The notes under the pieces: model-generated
Told to the model about the DNA's origin: nothing
Databases searched by the model: none
The model's input: only the letters and a program-made list of their open reading frames with translations
Virus record (IMG/VR): IMGVR_UViG_3300016722_000004
Location: 1 to 43,404 of that record
From: a virus
Taxonomy: Duplodnaviria > Caudoviricetes
Reading direction: 5' to 3' (one strand)
Length of the DNA: 43,404 bases
Program-made: the position numbers and the translations under genes
In this document: positions 25,229 through 34,507 of the stretch, in pieces
How positions within the stretch are numbered: position 1 is the stretch's first letter
How the letters are laid out: every line of letters starts with the position of its first letter

Positions 25229-26719
25229 ATGGCAGTAAATACCGAATGTTCTGAGTATCTCCGCAATCGCCGCGAGTGGGAAATCGTCCGCGACGCGATC
25301 GCCGGCGAGAAGGCGATCAAGGACAAGGGCAATATTTATCTGCCACGGCCCGAGGGGCTCGAGGACCCAGACTGGAATTGCTATCTTGCTCGCCCGCACT
25401 GGTTCGGCGCCACAGGCCGCACGGCTCACGGGCTCCATGGCATGATCTTCGCCAAGAATCCCACGGCGACCGATATTCCTGAGCAGCTCAAGCCCATCCT
25501 GGAAAACGTTGATCTAGCCGGGGCTTCGCTCGACCAATTCGCCGCTAATCTCGTATGGGACCTACTCCCGACGAACTGGGGCGGCGTGCTCGTTGATTAT
25601 CCGCCGACCTCCCAGGTCCCGGACAAGGCGACTTCCGAGAAGCAGGGCAACCGCGCTTATGCCGCCTACTATTCCGCCGAGTCGCTTATCAACTATCGCT
25701 ACGAGACTCGGAACAACTCAAAGATGTTGACGCTCGTCGTCCTCAAGGAGCCCTATGAGAGGCAAATCGCCGGCGACGAGTTTTCGACAGAAACGAAGAA
25801 TAAATACCGCGTGCTCTCGCTCGACGAGGACGGGAACTATGTCGTCAACATCTACGACGACGCTCAGGCCTCAGGGCTCGCGGCGCCCGCCGAGGGCCCG
25901 ATCTACCCGAAGCTCGATGGGAAGAGCCTCAAGTCCATTCCCTTCTTCCCGCTCCCAGGGATGCATCCCGAGAAGTCGATGCTCCTCGACCTCGCCTATG
26001 AGAATATCGGGCATTTCCAGAAAACGGCCGACTACGAGAACGGCTTGCACTATACCGGCGTGCCGACGCCCTACGCGACGGGAAGCGAGCAGCCCACCGA
26101 CGCATCCGGGAAGCCAGCGCCGGTGCGCCTCGGAGGCTCGCAGTTTCTCTTCTTCCCGCCCCCCGAGGCGAAGGTCGGCTTCCTCGAGTTCCAGGGCGCC
26201 GGCATCGAGCAAGAGAAGTCCGCGCTCGCAGCCTGCGAGGAGCGCATGGCCATCCTGGGCGCCCGTATCATCTCCGCCGAAAAGAAGGGCGTCGAGTCCG
26301 CCGAGGCCGCGCGCATCCATCGTGCCGGCGAAAACTCGGTCCTTGCGACATTCGCCAACAACATCTCCCGCGGACTGACGCAGGTCATCCGCCTCATTGG
26401 GCAGTGGCAGGGCATACCGGGAAGCGAGAAGGCCTCCTACCAGCTCAATACGGATTACGACATCTCGATCCTCGATCCGCAGTTGCTTACCGCGCTTTCC
26501 AATGCCCGGAAGAACGGCGACATCCCGCGATCGGTGCTTTTCTACATGCTGCAGCAGGGCGAGGCAATCCCGCCCGAAACAGACCTCAAAGCCTTCGAGG
26601 CCGAGCTCGAGGATGAGCAGGAGAGCAAGGACGCCAGGGCGGCCGATAGCGCGGCCGCTTCGCTTGCGGCGACGGCCGCCAGCCTTGCGGCGCAGAAGAA
26701 ACAGGCGGCATCGGCATGA
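25229..26719 (+). CDS. Portal protein (DUF4055 type)
   Basis: YLPRP..YLAR..F.ATGRT, LLDLAYENIGHFQ..ADY...LH; follows TerL. Confidence 0.88.
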   Translation: MAVNTECSEYLRNRREWEIVRDAIAGEKAIKDKGNIYLPRPEGLEDPDWNCYLARPHWFGATGRTAHGLHGMIFAKNPTATDIPEQLKPILENVDLAGASLDQFAANLVWDLLPTNWGGVLVDYPPTSQVPDKATSEKQGNRAYAAYYSAESLINYRYETRNNSKMLTLVVLKEPYERQIAGDEFSTETKNKYRVLSLDEDGNYVVNIYDDAQASGLAAPAEGPIYPKLDGKSLKSIPFFPLPGMHPEKSMLLDLAYENIGHFQKTADYENGLHYTGVPTPYATGSEQPTDASGKPAPVRLGGSQFLFFPPPEAKVGFLEFQGAGIEQEKSALAACEERMAILGARIISAEKKGVESAEAARIHRAGENSVLATFANNISRGLTQVIRLIGQWQGIPGSEKASYQLNTDYDISILDPQLLTALSNARKNGDIPRSVLFYMLQQGEAIPPETDLKAFEAELEDEQESKDARAADSAAASLAATAASLAAQKKQAASA

Positions 26720-26904
26720 TGGGTCGAAAGGAGCGGGCGCATCTTTTGGCTTCGCTGGCGCCGCGAGCTCGGGGCGGGTATATCTGCCGGGCCGATTGCA
26801 CTGCCAAAGAGTGGGAAGCGCTCAATGATGGAACGAAAATCATCGAGACGAGCGAAATGGCTCTAGATGGGCTCGCGGCGCAGAAGGGGCAGGGGGCGGC
26901 ATGA
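26716..26904 (+). CDS. Hypothetical protein
   Basis: Coupled overlaps. Confidence 0.5.
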   Translation: MMGRKERAHLLASLAPRARGGYICRADCTAKEWEALNDGTKIIETSEMALDGLAAQKGQGAA

Positions 26905-27203
26905 GGGGCCGACGCATAGAGAACCCAGACAATTTCACCAGCTCGCCCGTCGAGCCCGGCGACTACTGGAAGGACAAGGACGGCCACTGGCATGTCGCCG
27001 CCCCGGTCCCTCGCGATGATGACGGTTTTCTTCTGATCGCCGACGTCTCAACATGGAAAGTGACCGAGCACGAGGACGGGACCATCACGGTCAGCCCGTC
27101 GATCTTTTGGGGATCCTCGGGCTATCCGAATTCCCCGCGCGAGTGGGCGGCGAAGCACACCTGGCACGGCTGGCTCGAGCATGGTGAGTGGAGGACGGCA
27201 TGA
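26901..27203 (+). CDS. DUF6527-like hypothetical protein
   Basis: W.V....DGTITVSPSI...WHGWLEHGEW. Confidence 0.6.
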   Translation: MRGRRIENPDNFTSSPVEPGDYWKDKDGHWHVAAPVPRDDDGFLLIADVSTWKVTEHEDGTITVSPSIFWGSSGYPNSPREWAAKHTWHGWLEHGEWRTA

Positions 27204-27631
27204 AGCCGAAGACTACTATCTATGAAATGCGCCGCGACGGCTGGCGCGATTATTTCGAGCTGCATGTATCGCCGACGTCGGATGCCATGCGAAAGCATGC
27301 CGAAGAAATTGCTGCACGCGATGGCTGGAAAGTGCCAGCCGAGGGATGGAACGAAACGCGCGGGATGGTCCACCCCATCCCCATGCAGTCGCTCGGAGGG
27401 CCCTTCGCCTACATGTTCCTGGCCGAGGACGCTCTCGGCGTGGGCGTTGTGGCGCATGAATGTCTTCATGTCGCAACTTCTCACGAGCGTTTTGTTCTCA
27501 AATATGGGATGGATTATGGTCCCGAAATCGGAGAAGACGAGGAGCGCCTTGCCTACTATCTGACCTCTTGTGTACGCGGAGTTTATAACACGCTCTATGA
27601 GAACAAACACATCAAGGAACGCTTCGCATGA
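27200..27631 (+). CDS. HExxH metallopeptidase-like protein
   Basis: VVAHECLH ... EERLAY. Confidence 0.6.
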   Translation: MKPKTTIYEMRRDGWRDYFELHVSPTSDAMRKHAEEIAARDGWKVPAEGWNETRGMVHPIPMQSLGGPFAYMFLAEDALGVGVVAHECLHVATSHERFVLKYGMDYGPEIGEDEERLAYYLTSCVRGVYNTLYENKHIKERFA

Positions 27632-28725
27632 ACGCCTCTACCGCCCTCCTGCAAGCCCTCCTCGCCCGCGGCGACTATCTCGAGTCGCTCTCCCAGCTCG
27701 AGTGCCTCAAGATCCTTCCCATCCTCGAGTCGGCCCATGATGAGATCCTCGGGAAGATCGCCAAGACCCACGGCGTCTGGACGCGCGAATGGCTCCAGGA
27801 AATGGCGGGCGAGATTGACGAGATCTACAAGGCCGCGACAGACAAGGCCTTCGGCAAGGTCCAGCCGGACCTCGAGAAAATAGCGATCAATGAGGGCGCG
27901 TGGGCGGAAGCGGAAGCGTCAAAAATCCTGGTAGGCTTTTCCCTTACCAGCCCCGCGCCCTCTCTTTTGAAGGCCGTGCTCGACCTCCCCTCCTCGATCG
28001 GCGGCTCGACACTTGAAGACCTCTTCGACGCGCTCGCGATCAATTCCCGCAAGGCCGCCTACGGAGCGATCTCTGACGGGATGCTTGCCGGGGATACGGT
28101 TGAGCAGATGACGCGCCGGCTGCGCGGCGAGGTCGTGAAACGGGCGACCTGGAAGACCATCGATGGGAAGCGCACCTACGTGCCCGGGCAGTATGAGGGT
28201 GGGGCCCTCGAGGACGTCTCTACCCGCCAGGCTCGGACGCTCGCCAGGACGGCGGTCATGCACGTCGGCAACCAGGCGCGCGAGACGTTCTACCGGGCAA
28301 ACGAGGACATCATCAAGAGCTACCAGTATGTAGCCACGCTCGACGACCACACCTGCCTAGTGTGTGCGGAAAGCGATGGCAGGGTATTCAAGATTGACGA
28401 TCCGTCGCGCCCGATGCTCCCTCGGCATCCCGACGATAGGTGCCTCTACGTTCCCGTTCTCAAATCCTTCCTCGAGCTCGGCCTCGACATGGACGAATTC
28501 CCCGAGGGGACGCGCGCCTCGATGGATGGGCAGGTCGCCGAATCCGAGACCTACGCCGACCGCCTCGAGAAGGCCACGCCGGCCCAGCGCGTCGTGATGC
28601 TTGGTCCTGGCCGGGCGGCGCTCTACGAGAAGGGCGTAGGCCTCGACGAGATGGTGAAGGATGGGGCGGCGGTCCCGCTCAAGGACCTCGCCAAGACGGC
28701 AAACAAGCAGAGTAGCGCGGCATAG
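27628..28725 (+). CDS. Minor head morphogenesis protein (Mu gpF/SPP1 gp7)
   Basis: ARTLARTA, YVATLDDHTC..C...DG, PRHPDDRC. Confidence 0.88.
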   Translation: MNASTALLQALLARGDYLESLSQLECLKILPILESAHDEILGKIAKTHGVWTREWLQEMAGEIDEIYKAATDKAFGKVQPDLEKIAINEGAWAEAEASKILVGFSLTSPAPSLLKAVLDLPSSIGGSTLEDLFDALAINSRKAAYGAISDGMLAGDTVEQMTRRLRGEVVKRATWKTIDGKRTYVPGQYEGGALEDVSTRQARTLARTAVMHVGNQARETFYRANEDIIKSYQYVATLDDHTCLVCAESDGRVFKIDDPSRPMLPRHPDDRCLYVPVLKSFLELGLDMDEFPEGTRASMDGQVAESETYADRLEKATPAQRVVMLGPGRAALYEKGVGLDEMVKDGAAVPLKDLAKTANKQSSAA

Positions 28726-28742
28726 CCGCAAAGGAGAATACC

Positions 28743-28808
28743 ATGGCTTGCAAGGGCGGAAGCGGCGGCAAGAGTAAGGGCGGGAAGAAGGGGTCTCGGG
28801 GTAAATGA
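28743..28808 (+). CDS. 21-aa Gly/Lys-rich micropeptide (absent from ORF track)
   Basis: AAGGAG SD; MACKGGSGGKSKGGKKGSRGK; stop overlaps next ATG. Confidence 0.55.
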   Translation: MACKGGSGGKSKGGKKGSRGK

Positions 28809-29080
28809 GTGCGAAGCAAGACCATCGCATGCGGCAATTTGCCCGAGAGCATCTTTCGGAGATCGATAGAGCCTTCGAGGCGCAGCGTCCATGGTGGTTC
28901 GTTCTCGCTCGCAAGATCGCGCCCATGTGGGATATGGAGCGCATTCTTGCGCGCCCGCTTGCGTCGTGGAAGGCTCGGATGAAGCCCGGAGACGACAAAT
29001 ACCGGCATACCTGCGAGAAAATCATGGCGAGGATGGCTCGGGGTATCTGCAAGGCCTACCACGAAGCGGGGCGCACATGA
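28805..29080 (+). CDS. Hypothetical protein
   Basis: ATGA overlaps at both ends. Confidence 0.65.
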   Translation: MSAKQDHRMRQFAREHLSEIDRAFEAQRPWWFVLARKIAPMWDMERILARPLASWKARMKPGDDKYRHTCEKIMARMARGICKAYHEAGRT

Positions 29081-29247
29081 CCATCCAGGACAAGGAAGCC
29101 GGGGAGGCCCTGGCCTCCCTCCTAGAAAAGATGCGCCAGACTGGTCGCCTGCAAGGCCGAATCGAAATAACGGTCGATGGCGGCCGCGCTTCGAAGCTCC
29201 GAATCGTGGAATTGCAAGAATCACAACAAATATTGCAAAAGAATTGA
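29077..29247 (+). CDS. Small hypothetical protein (DUF2292-like pattern)
   Basis: GRIEITVDGGR..LRI. Confidence 0.55.
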   Translation: MTIQDKEAGEALASLLEKMRQTGRLQGRIEITVDGGRASKLRIVELQESQQILQKN

Positions 29248-29256
29248 AACAAGCTC

Positions 29257-29489
29257 TTGCAATTCGAAAATGAATGTTGTATTAGTTAATTAACAATTCG
29301 TAGGGGAGCAATCCCCGAAACGTCCGAGTGGGCGCCAATCCAATCCGGGAGACCGGAGCGGGCTGGCGCCCTTTTTATTTCCATGGCCACGTCGTGAGAC
29401 GTTGCCGAATCAAGAATCTGCCAGCGCAGGAGCGCAACCGCAGGGCGGCGGCAGATTGAAAATCGCGCAGGAGCGCACAAGGAGTTAGT
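29257..29489 (+). promoter_or_regulatory. Structured leader of the scaffold/capsid operon
   Basis: AT-rich promoter-like stretch, terminator-like stem 29330-29371 with U-run, G(G/T)GAGA hairpins, two GCGC-AGGA-GCGC hairpins. Confidence 0.55.
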
Positions 29490-30218
29490 ATGCCGATCGA
29501 TGAGAAGTTTCTGACTGACACGCTTTCGGGAGAAGGCGAGCCGACCGCGAAGGTCAAGAAGATCATGGCCGAGTACGAGGCCGATGTGAACGGGCTCAAG
29601 CTGAACCGCGACGCGATCAAATCCGAGAAGGAGACGGCGCTCGCGAAAGTAGCGGAGCTCGAGAAGAAGACCGGGGAGTATGACGCCCAGATCAAGGACC
29701 TTTCGGACAAGGTGAAGAAGGCGGGCACCGACGAGGCGAAGGCCTACTATGAGGCCCAGCTCAAGAAGCTCACCGACGATCACCAGGCGGCCATTCAGAA
29801 GCTCACCAACGAGCGGGATTTGGCTTCCAAGAGAGTTTCTGATCTTCTCGGAGTTTCCGAGTTCGATCACGCCCTCGACGGTGACGACAAGAACCAGCCG
29901 CTCCAGATACGGCCTGAGCTGCGAGGGGCCCTCCGAGACCTCTTCTACACCAGGCAGCACTTCGAGCAGAAGTCGATCGACGGCAAGGACATGTTTCTTT
30001 CGGGCGAGAACAAGACCGTGCGCGATGCGCTCTCGACGTATCTCGGGACGCCCGAGGGAAAGTATTTCGTCCAGGAGACCAATTCGGGAGGCGGGGCCGC
30101 GGGCTCCGGTCGCACCGATGCCGGGGCGAAGACCATGAAGCGGGCGGACTTCGACAAGCTCGACCCGGTCGCTCAACAGAAAGCGGTGGTAGCCGACAAG
30201 GTGACCATCGTCGATTAA
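29490..30218 (+). CDS. Capsid scaffolding protein
   Basis: Coiled coil, SGGGA linker, MKRADFDKLDP tail; precedes capsid. Confidence 0.8.
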   Translation: MPIDEKFLTDTLSGEGEPTAKVKKIMAEYEADVNGLKLNRDAIKSEKETALAKVAELEKKTGEYDAQIKDLSDKVKKAGTDEAKAYYEAQLKKLTDDHQAAIQKLTNERDLASKRVSDLLGVSEFDHALDGDDKNQPLQIRPELRGALRDLFYTRQHFEQKSIDGKDMFLSGENKTVRDALSTYLGTPEGKYFVQETNSGGGAAGSGRTDAGAKTMKRADFDKLDPVAQQKAVVADKVTIVD

Positions 30219-30255
30219 TTCGTAAGCCAACGTCGGGAGACGTAGGGAGGAATTT

Positions 30256-31407
30256 ATGCCTAATACGCTTACCGGGCTCATACCCACGCTATATGCGGCC
30301 CTCAATATCGTGTCGCGCGAGATGGTGGGGCTCATCCCCGCCGTCCGCCGCGACTCCAATGCCGAGCGCGCTGCGAAGGACCAGGTTGTCCGCGTGCCGA
30401 TCGGCGCCGCAGGCGACATGGAGGACATCGTTCCCGGTGCCGCGCCTGCCGCGACCGGAGACACGACCGTCGGCTATGCCGATATCACGATCGCCAAGTC
30501 AAAGTCCGTGCCCATCCGCTGGAACGGCGAGGAGCAGAAGGCCATCGGCACCGCCGGGGTCTTCAACCAGGTCCTGGCCGACCAGTTCTCCGAGGCCATG
30601 AGGAAGCTCATCAACGCGATCGAGGTTGACCTCGCTGCCGCGGGCGCCGCCGGGGCCTCGAGGGCCATCGGCACTGCCGGCACCGCCCCCTTCGCGACCA
30701 AGGACGACTTCTCCGACTTCGCGACCGTCGCGAAGCTCCTTGATGACGACGGCTGCCCCAAGACCGACCGCCAGCTCGCGCTCAATTCCGCGTCGATGGT
30801 CAACCTCCGCGGCAAGCAGTCGTCCCTCTGGAAGGTGAACGAGGCCGGATCCGCCCAGATGCTCCTCACGGGCCTCTTCGACCGCATCCAGGGCTTCGCC
30901 ATCCGCGACTCCGCCGGCTTCGCCCTCCACACGAAGGGCGTGGGCGCGAGCTACATCACGAACCTCGGCGCCCCCCTCGCCGCGGGCGCCCTCGACATCG
31001 CGGTCGATACCGGATCCGGCGCCGTGCTCGATGGCGACGTCGTGAGCTTCGCCGGAGACTCTAACCTCTACATCGTCAAGAAGGGCATCACGGCCGCCGG
31101 CTCGCTCTCCATCGGGAAGCCCGGCCTCCGCGCCGCGCTCGCCGACGGCGTGGCCATGACCGTGGGCGGATCCTTCACGCCGAACCTCGCTTTCGACCGG
31201 AACGCGATCATCCTCGCGGCCCGCGCCCCCGCCGTCCCGGACGGCGGAGACTCCGCGGACGATGCGATGACGATCACCGACCCCGTCACAGGCCTCACCT
31301 TCGAGGTCCGGGTCTACCGCCAGTACCGCCAGGTCAAGTATGAGGTTTGCCTCGCCTGGGGCGTCGCCGTGGTCAAGCCCGAGCACGTCGCGGTGCTCCT
31401 CGGCTAA
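30256..31407 (+). CDS. Major capsid protein (P22 coat-like)
   Basis: NTLTGLIPTLYAALNIVSREMVG...YRQVKYEVCLAWGV; strong SD and biased codons. Confidence 0.9.
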   Translation: MPNTLTGLIPTLYAALNIVSREMVGLIPAVRRDSNAERAAKDQVVRVPIGAAGDMEDIVPGAAPAATGDTTVGYADITIAKSKSVPIRWNGEEQKAIGTAGVFNQVLADQFSEAMRKLINAIEVDLAAAGAAGASRAIGTAGTAPFATKDDFSDFATVAKLLDDDGCPKTDRQLALNSASMVNLRGKQSSLWKVNEAGSAQMLLTGLFDRIQGFAIRDSAGFALHTKGVGASYITNLGAPLAAGALDIAVDTGSGAVLDGDVVSFAGDSNLYIVKKGITAAGSLSIGKPGLRAALADGVAMTVGGSFTPNLAFDRNAIILAARAPAVPDGGDSADDAMTITDPVTGLTFEVRVYRQYRQVKYEVCLAWGVAVVKPEHVAVLLG

Positions 31408-31413
31408 CCGATC

Positions 31414-31443
31414 GGGGCCGTCAGAAATGGCGGCCCCACTTCA
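31414..31443 (+). terminator. Hairpin after capsid gene
   Basis: GGGGCCGTCA-GAAA-TGGCGGCCCC with a weak U-tail. Confidence 0.5.
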
Positions 31444-31454
31444 AGGAGATACCC

Positions 31455-31820
31455 ATGGTACAGATGACCCGTGAAGTTCCGGAATATCCGAATGGTCCTG
31501 TGACGGCCGACATCCCCGAGAGCGACGTTGAGCTCCTGAAGGCTCGCGGCTGGCTCGTATCCGAGGTCTCCGAGAAAACGGCCCTCGTCAAGGAAGCCCT
31601 CGATCTCGGGGTCCTGGGCCCCGACGGCAAGGCCGCAGCCGAGTCTGTCCTTGAGCGCTGGGCGCTCAAGCGTCTGCGCGAGGCCGTCGCCGGTGCGAAG
31701 GCCGACGCCAGGACCGCCAATGAGAAGAAGGCCCTCACGCTCAAGGTGGGCACGGCCGAGGAAATCGCCTCGCTCTCCGATGAGGAGCTCGTGGCCGCCA
31801 TAGAGAAGGCCTCCGCGTGA
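31455..31820 (+). CDS. Hypothetical head-associated protein
   Basis: AAGGAG SD, ATG 31455. Confidence 0.7.
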   Translation: MVQMTREVPEYPNGPVTADIPESDVELLKARGWLVSEVSEKTALVKEALDLGVLGPDGKAAAESVLERWALKRLREAVAGAKADARTANEKKALTLKVGTAEEIASLSDEELVAAIEKASA

Positions 31821-32125
31821 GCGCGGCCATTGCCTGGGTAGGCCTCATTGGCGGCCTCGTCGGCTGCCTAGCGGGCCTCATCGCAATCCTGGCCTACGTG
31901 CAGAACAAAAAGGACGCCGCCATGGCCGAGGGTCGCCGCCGCGCAGAGATCGAGCAGCTCAGGAAGGATATCGAGGCCGTCGAGTGCCGCGTCGATCGCA
32001 TAGAGGACAAGATGGGCGCCTCGGACGTAGACCTCGCTGAGATCAAGACCGATCTTCGTCATGTCCTCGCCGATATCGGCCGGCTCTTCGAAAAAATCGA
32101 CGAACTGGGGAAGGCCAAGCCGTGA
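31817..32125 (+). CDS. Single-TM coiled-coil protein (XhlA/holin-like)
   Basis: N-terminal TM plus heptad repeats. Confidence 0.55.
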   Translation: MSAAIAWVGLIGGLVGCLAGLIAILAYVQNKKDAAMAEGRRRAEIEQLRKDIEAVECRVDRIEDKMGASDVDLAEIKTDLRHVLADIGRLFEKIDELGKAKP

Positions 32126-32646
32126 GTCTCATAGTTGAGGATGGCACCGGCCTCGCGGACGCGCAGAGCTACGTCTCGGCCGTCGATGCCGACGCCTACT
32201 TCCTAGCCCGGGCGAATTCCGTCTGGGCCGCGGCGACCCCCGAAGCCAAGGAGGCCGCCCTCGTTCGGGCTACGCAGGCCCTCGACGGCGATCACTTCGT
32301 CCGTGGAGGGTATTGGCCTGGCTGGAGGGCAACTGAAGCGCAGGCGCTCGACTGGCCCCGTACTCACGCCTGGGACGTTGACAGATATCCGCTCGTGGAT
32401 TGCGTCCCCCGCGGGGTGAAGAACGCGACCTGTGAGGCCGCTCTCGTCGAGCTCTCGAGCGCCGGGATCCTGCTGGAATCGCTCGAGCGCGGCGGTGCCC
32501 TCGTCTCGAAGAAGATAGGGACGATCGAAAAGACGTGGAGCGCAAAGGCCCCCGTGCGGACGATCTACCCGACCATCCGCCAGGCTCTCGCGCGAGTCTG
32601 TCTTCCTTGTGGGCAGGTCCAGAGCGCAAGGGTGATTCGGGCATGA
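32122..32646 (+). CDS. Head-tail adaptor (DnaT-like family)
   Basis: LIVEDGTGL.DA.SYVS..ADAYF, QALDWPR, VKNATCEAAL. Confidence 0.85.
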   Translation: MSLIVEDGTGLADAQSYVSAVDADAYFLARANSVWAAATPEAKEAALVRATQALDGDHFVRGGYWPGWRATEAQALDWPRTHAWDVDRYPLVDCVPRGVKNATCEAALVELSSAGILLESLERGGALVSKKIGTIEKTWSAKAPVRTIYPTIRQALARVCLPCGQVQSARVIRA

Positions 32647-33047
32647 GCGAGAACTACGCCCCCGACCGGCTCGATGCCGCAAAGGAGATCCGGGCCTCCG
32701 GCAAGCTCGTTACCCTCCGCGTCCCGGGCGCCTCGACTATCGACCCGGTGACGGGCGTAGAGACGCCGGCAGAGCCGACCGACTACACGCTCCATGCGAT
32801 CGAGGAGAGCCAGAACGCGCTCTCTCTCTGGAACCAGTCGAACCTCGACGGCTCGCTCATCCAGTCAGGCGACCGCTTCTTCCAGCTCGCAGCCCTCGCT
32901 GATTCTGGAGCCGTCCTCCCGATGCCGACGACTTCGGACTCGCTCTACATCGGGAGCCCGTCGGGGACTCTCCTCTCGATTAAGGGCGTCCGGGCTCTCC
33001 AGCCGGGCGACATCGCAATCTATTACGAGGTGCAGTGCCGTGGGTAG
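32643..33047 (+). CDS. Head closure/stopper protein
   Basis: G..VTLR...DPVTG, DGSLIQSGD, YEVQCR; position. Confidence 0.75.
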   Translation: MSENYAPDRLDAAKEIRASGKLVTLRVPGASTIDPVTGVETPAEPTDYTLHAIEESQNALSLWNQSNLDGSLIQSGDRFFQLAALADSGAVLPMPTTSDSLYIGSPSGTLLSIKGVRALQPGDIAIYYEVQCRG

Positions 33048-33531
33048 CTTCAGCCTCGACATGACGCGAATCATCGCGAAGACCGAAGCGCAGCTCGATC
33101 AGGTCGGCCGCAAGGTCGCCTTGACGGGATACCGTCGCATCATCCTGCGAACGCCAGTGCGCACGGGGCGGGCTCGCGGCAATTGGCTATGCGCCGTCGG
33201 AGCGCCCGTCGAGGCCACGCCCGATCTTGCAGCGGTGAACGACACCGACAGGTCGGGCCGCTCGACCGTCGCGACGATGCAAGGCGAAGTCGAAGGCTGG
33301 TCGCCTCGCACGGGCCGCTCGATCTTCCTCTCGAACAACTTGCCCTATATCGGCCGCCTCGAGCATGGCTCTTCGACCCAGGCCCCGAACGGGATGGTCG
33401 CGATCACGCTTGCCGAGCTCGGGGGCATCGCGGAGGACGCGGCGGCCGAGGCGCAGACGGGGACCTTCGGCGGCAGCCGAAGCGAGAGCGAAATAGGCGG
33501 CGCGTGGGACGTCGGGGGAGCGGGCGAATGA
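33040..33531 (+). CDS. HK97 gp10-like neck/tail completion protein
   Basis: TPVRTGRARGNW, NNLPYIGRLEHGSSTQAPNGMV. Confidence 0.85.
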   Translation: MGSFSLDMTRIIAKTEAQLDQVGRKVALTGYRRIILRTPVRTGRARGNWLCAVGAPVEATPDLAAVNDTDRSGRSTVATMQGEVEGWSPRTGRSIFLSNNLPYIGRLEHGSSTQAPNGMVAITLAELGGIAEDAAAEAQTGTFGGSRSESEIGGAWDVGGAGE

Positions 33532-34016
33532 GAACATCATATATGCTAGAAGATATTAGTTACGAATATTTGAAGAATTTGCTCGAATATAATCTACAAA
33601 ATGGCAATTTTTATAGACGTTATAACTGTAATCAGTTCAAGGCTGGCTCTATCCCCGGATGTATTAGTAGGGATGGCTATAGAGAAATACACATTCATGG
33701 ACACAGTTTTCTCGCCCATAGGCTTGCATGGTTTTATTTTTATGGGGTATGGCCCGAAAAGATAGATCATATCAATGGGAACAGACTCGATAACAGAATA
33801 GAAAACCTAAGGAGTGTTTCGGATAGAGGGAACATGCAGAATCTGCCATTGCATAGAAAAGGCAGATTGCAGGGAACTCGGTATGAAAAACGGCTTCGAA
33901 CTAATCCCTGGGTGGCAAGGATCGAAGTCAATGGGGCTAGGAAGCATTTGGGATGTTTCCCAACAGAGTCAGAGGCTCACGAGGCATATTTACGAGCATG
34001 TGAGGAAATATCATGA
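33528..34016 (+). CDS. HNH homing endonuclease with AP2-like C-terminus
   Basis: AHRLAW, IDHINGNRLDNRIENLR, W.ARI..G.RKHLG.F.TE.EAHEAY; AT-rich. Confidence 0.9.
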   Translation: MRTSYMLEDISYEYLKNLLEYNLQNGNFYRRYNCNQFKAGSIPGCISRDGYREIHIHGHSFLAHRLAWFYFYGVWPEKIDHINGNRLDNRIENLRSVSDRGNMQNLPLHRKGRLQGTRYEKRLRTNPWVARIEVNGARKHLGCFPTESEAHEAYLRACEEIS

Positions 34017-34441
34017 GTGGCCATACCGAGATCCTTGCGGCGCTCAAGTCGCGCCTCATGGCGGCCGCTCCTGGGGCTGCGGTGGCCTCCACGTCGATAG
34101 CCTGGGAGAACAAGGCGTTCAAGCCTGTCGCCGGGACGCGCTACTACCGCGCGACCTTCCTCCCTGGGGAGCCGCGGGCGGCCGCCGTGGGCGAGAGCGC
34201 CGCGAATCGTTGCGTGGGCATCTTCCAGATCGACGTCTTCGATCCGCCGAACAAGCTGGACGTTGCGACGAGAACCGAAGCGGAGCGCATCGCGGCATGT
34301 TTCAAGCGCGGGACGGCGCTCGTCTACAACGGTGTCAACGTGCGCATAGAGAAAGCCTACACCACGAAGGGCGACAGTTCAGACCCCGCGTGGTTCATGG
34401 TGTCCGTCGTCGTGAGATGGCGGGCTGACATAGCGAATTAG
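34013..34441 (+). CDS. Tail terminator protein
   Basis: IAWENKAF, GIFQIDVF; upstream of tail tube. Confidence 0.8.
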   Translation: MSGHTEILAALKSRLMAAAPGAAVASTSIAWENKAFKPVAGTRYYRATFLPGEPRAAAVGESAANRCVGIFQIDVFDPPNKLDVATRTEAERIAACFKRGTALVYNGVNVRIEKAYTTKGDSSDPAWFMVSVVVRWRADIAN

Positions 34442-34507
34442 GGCTCAACGTCGGGAGACAGTCGAGCGAGTTTTTCATCCAGCGTCGGGAGACGCAGGGA
34501 GGGTTTT

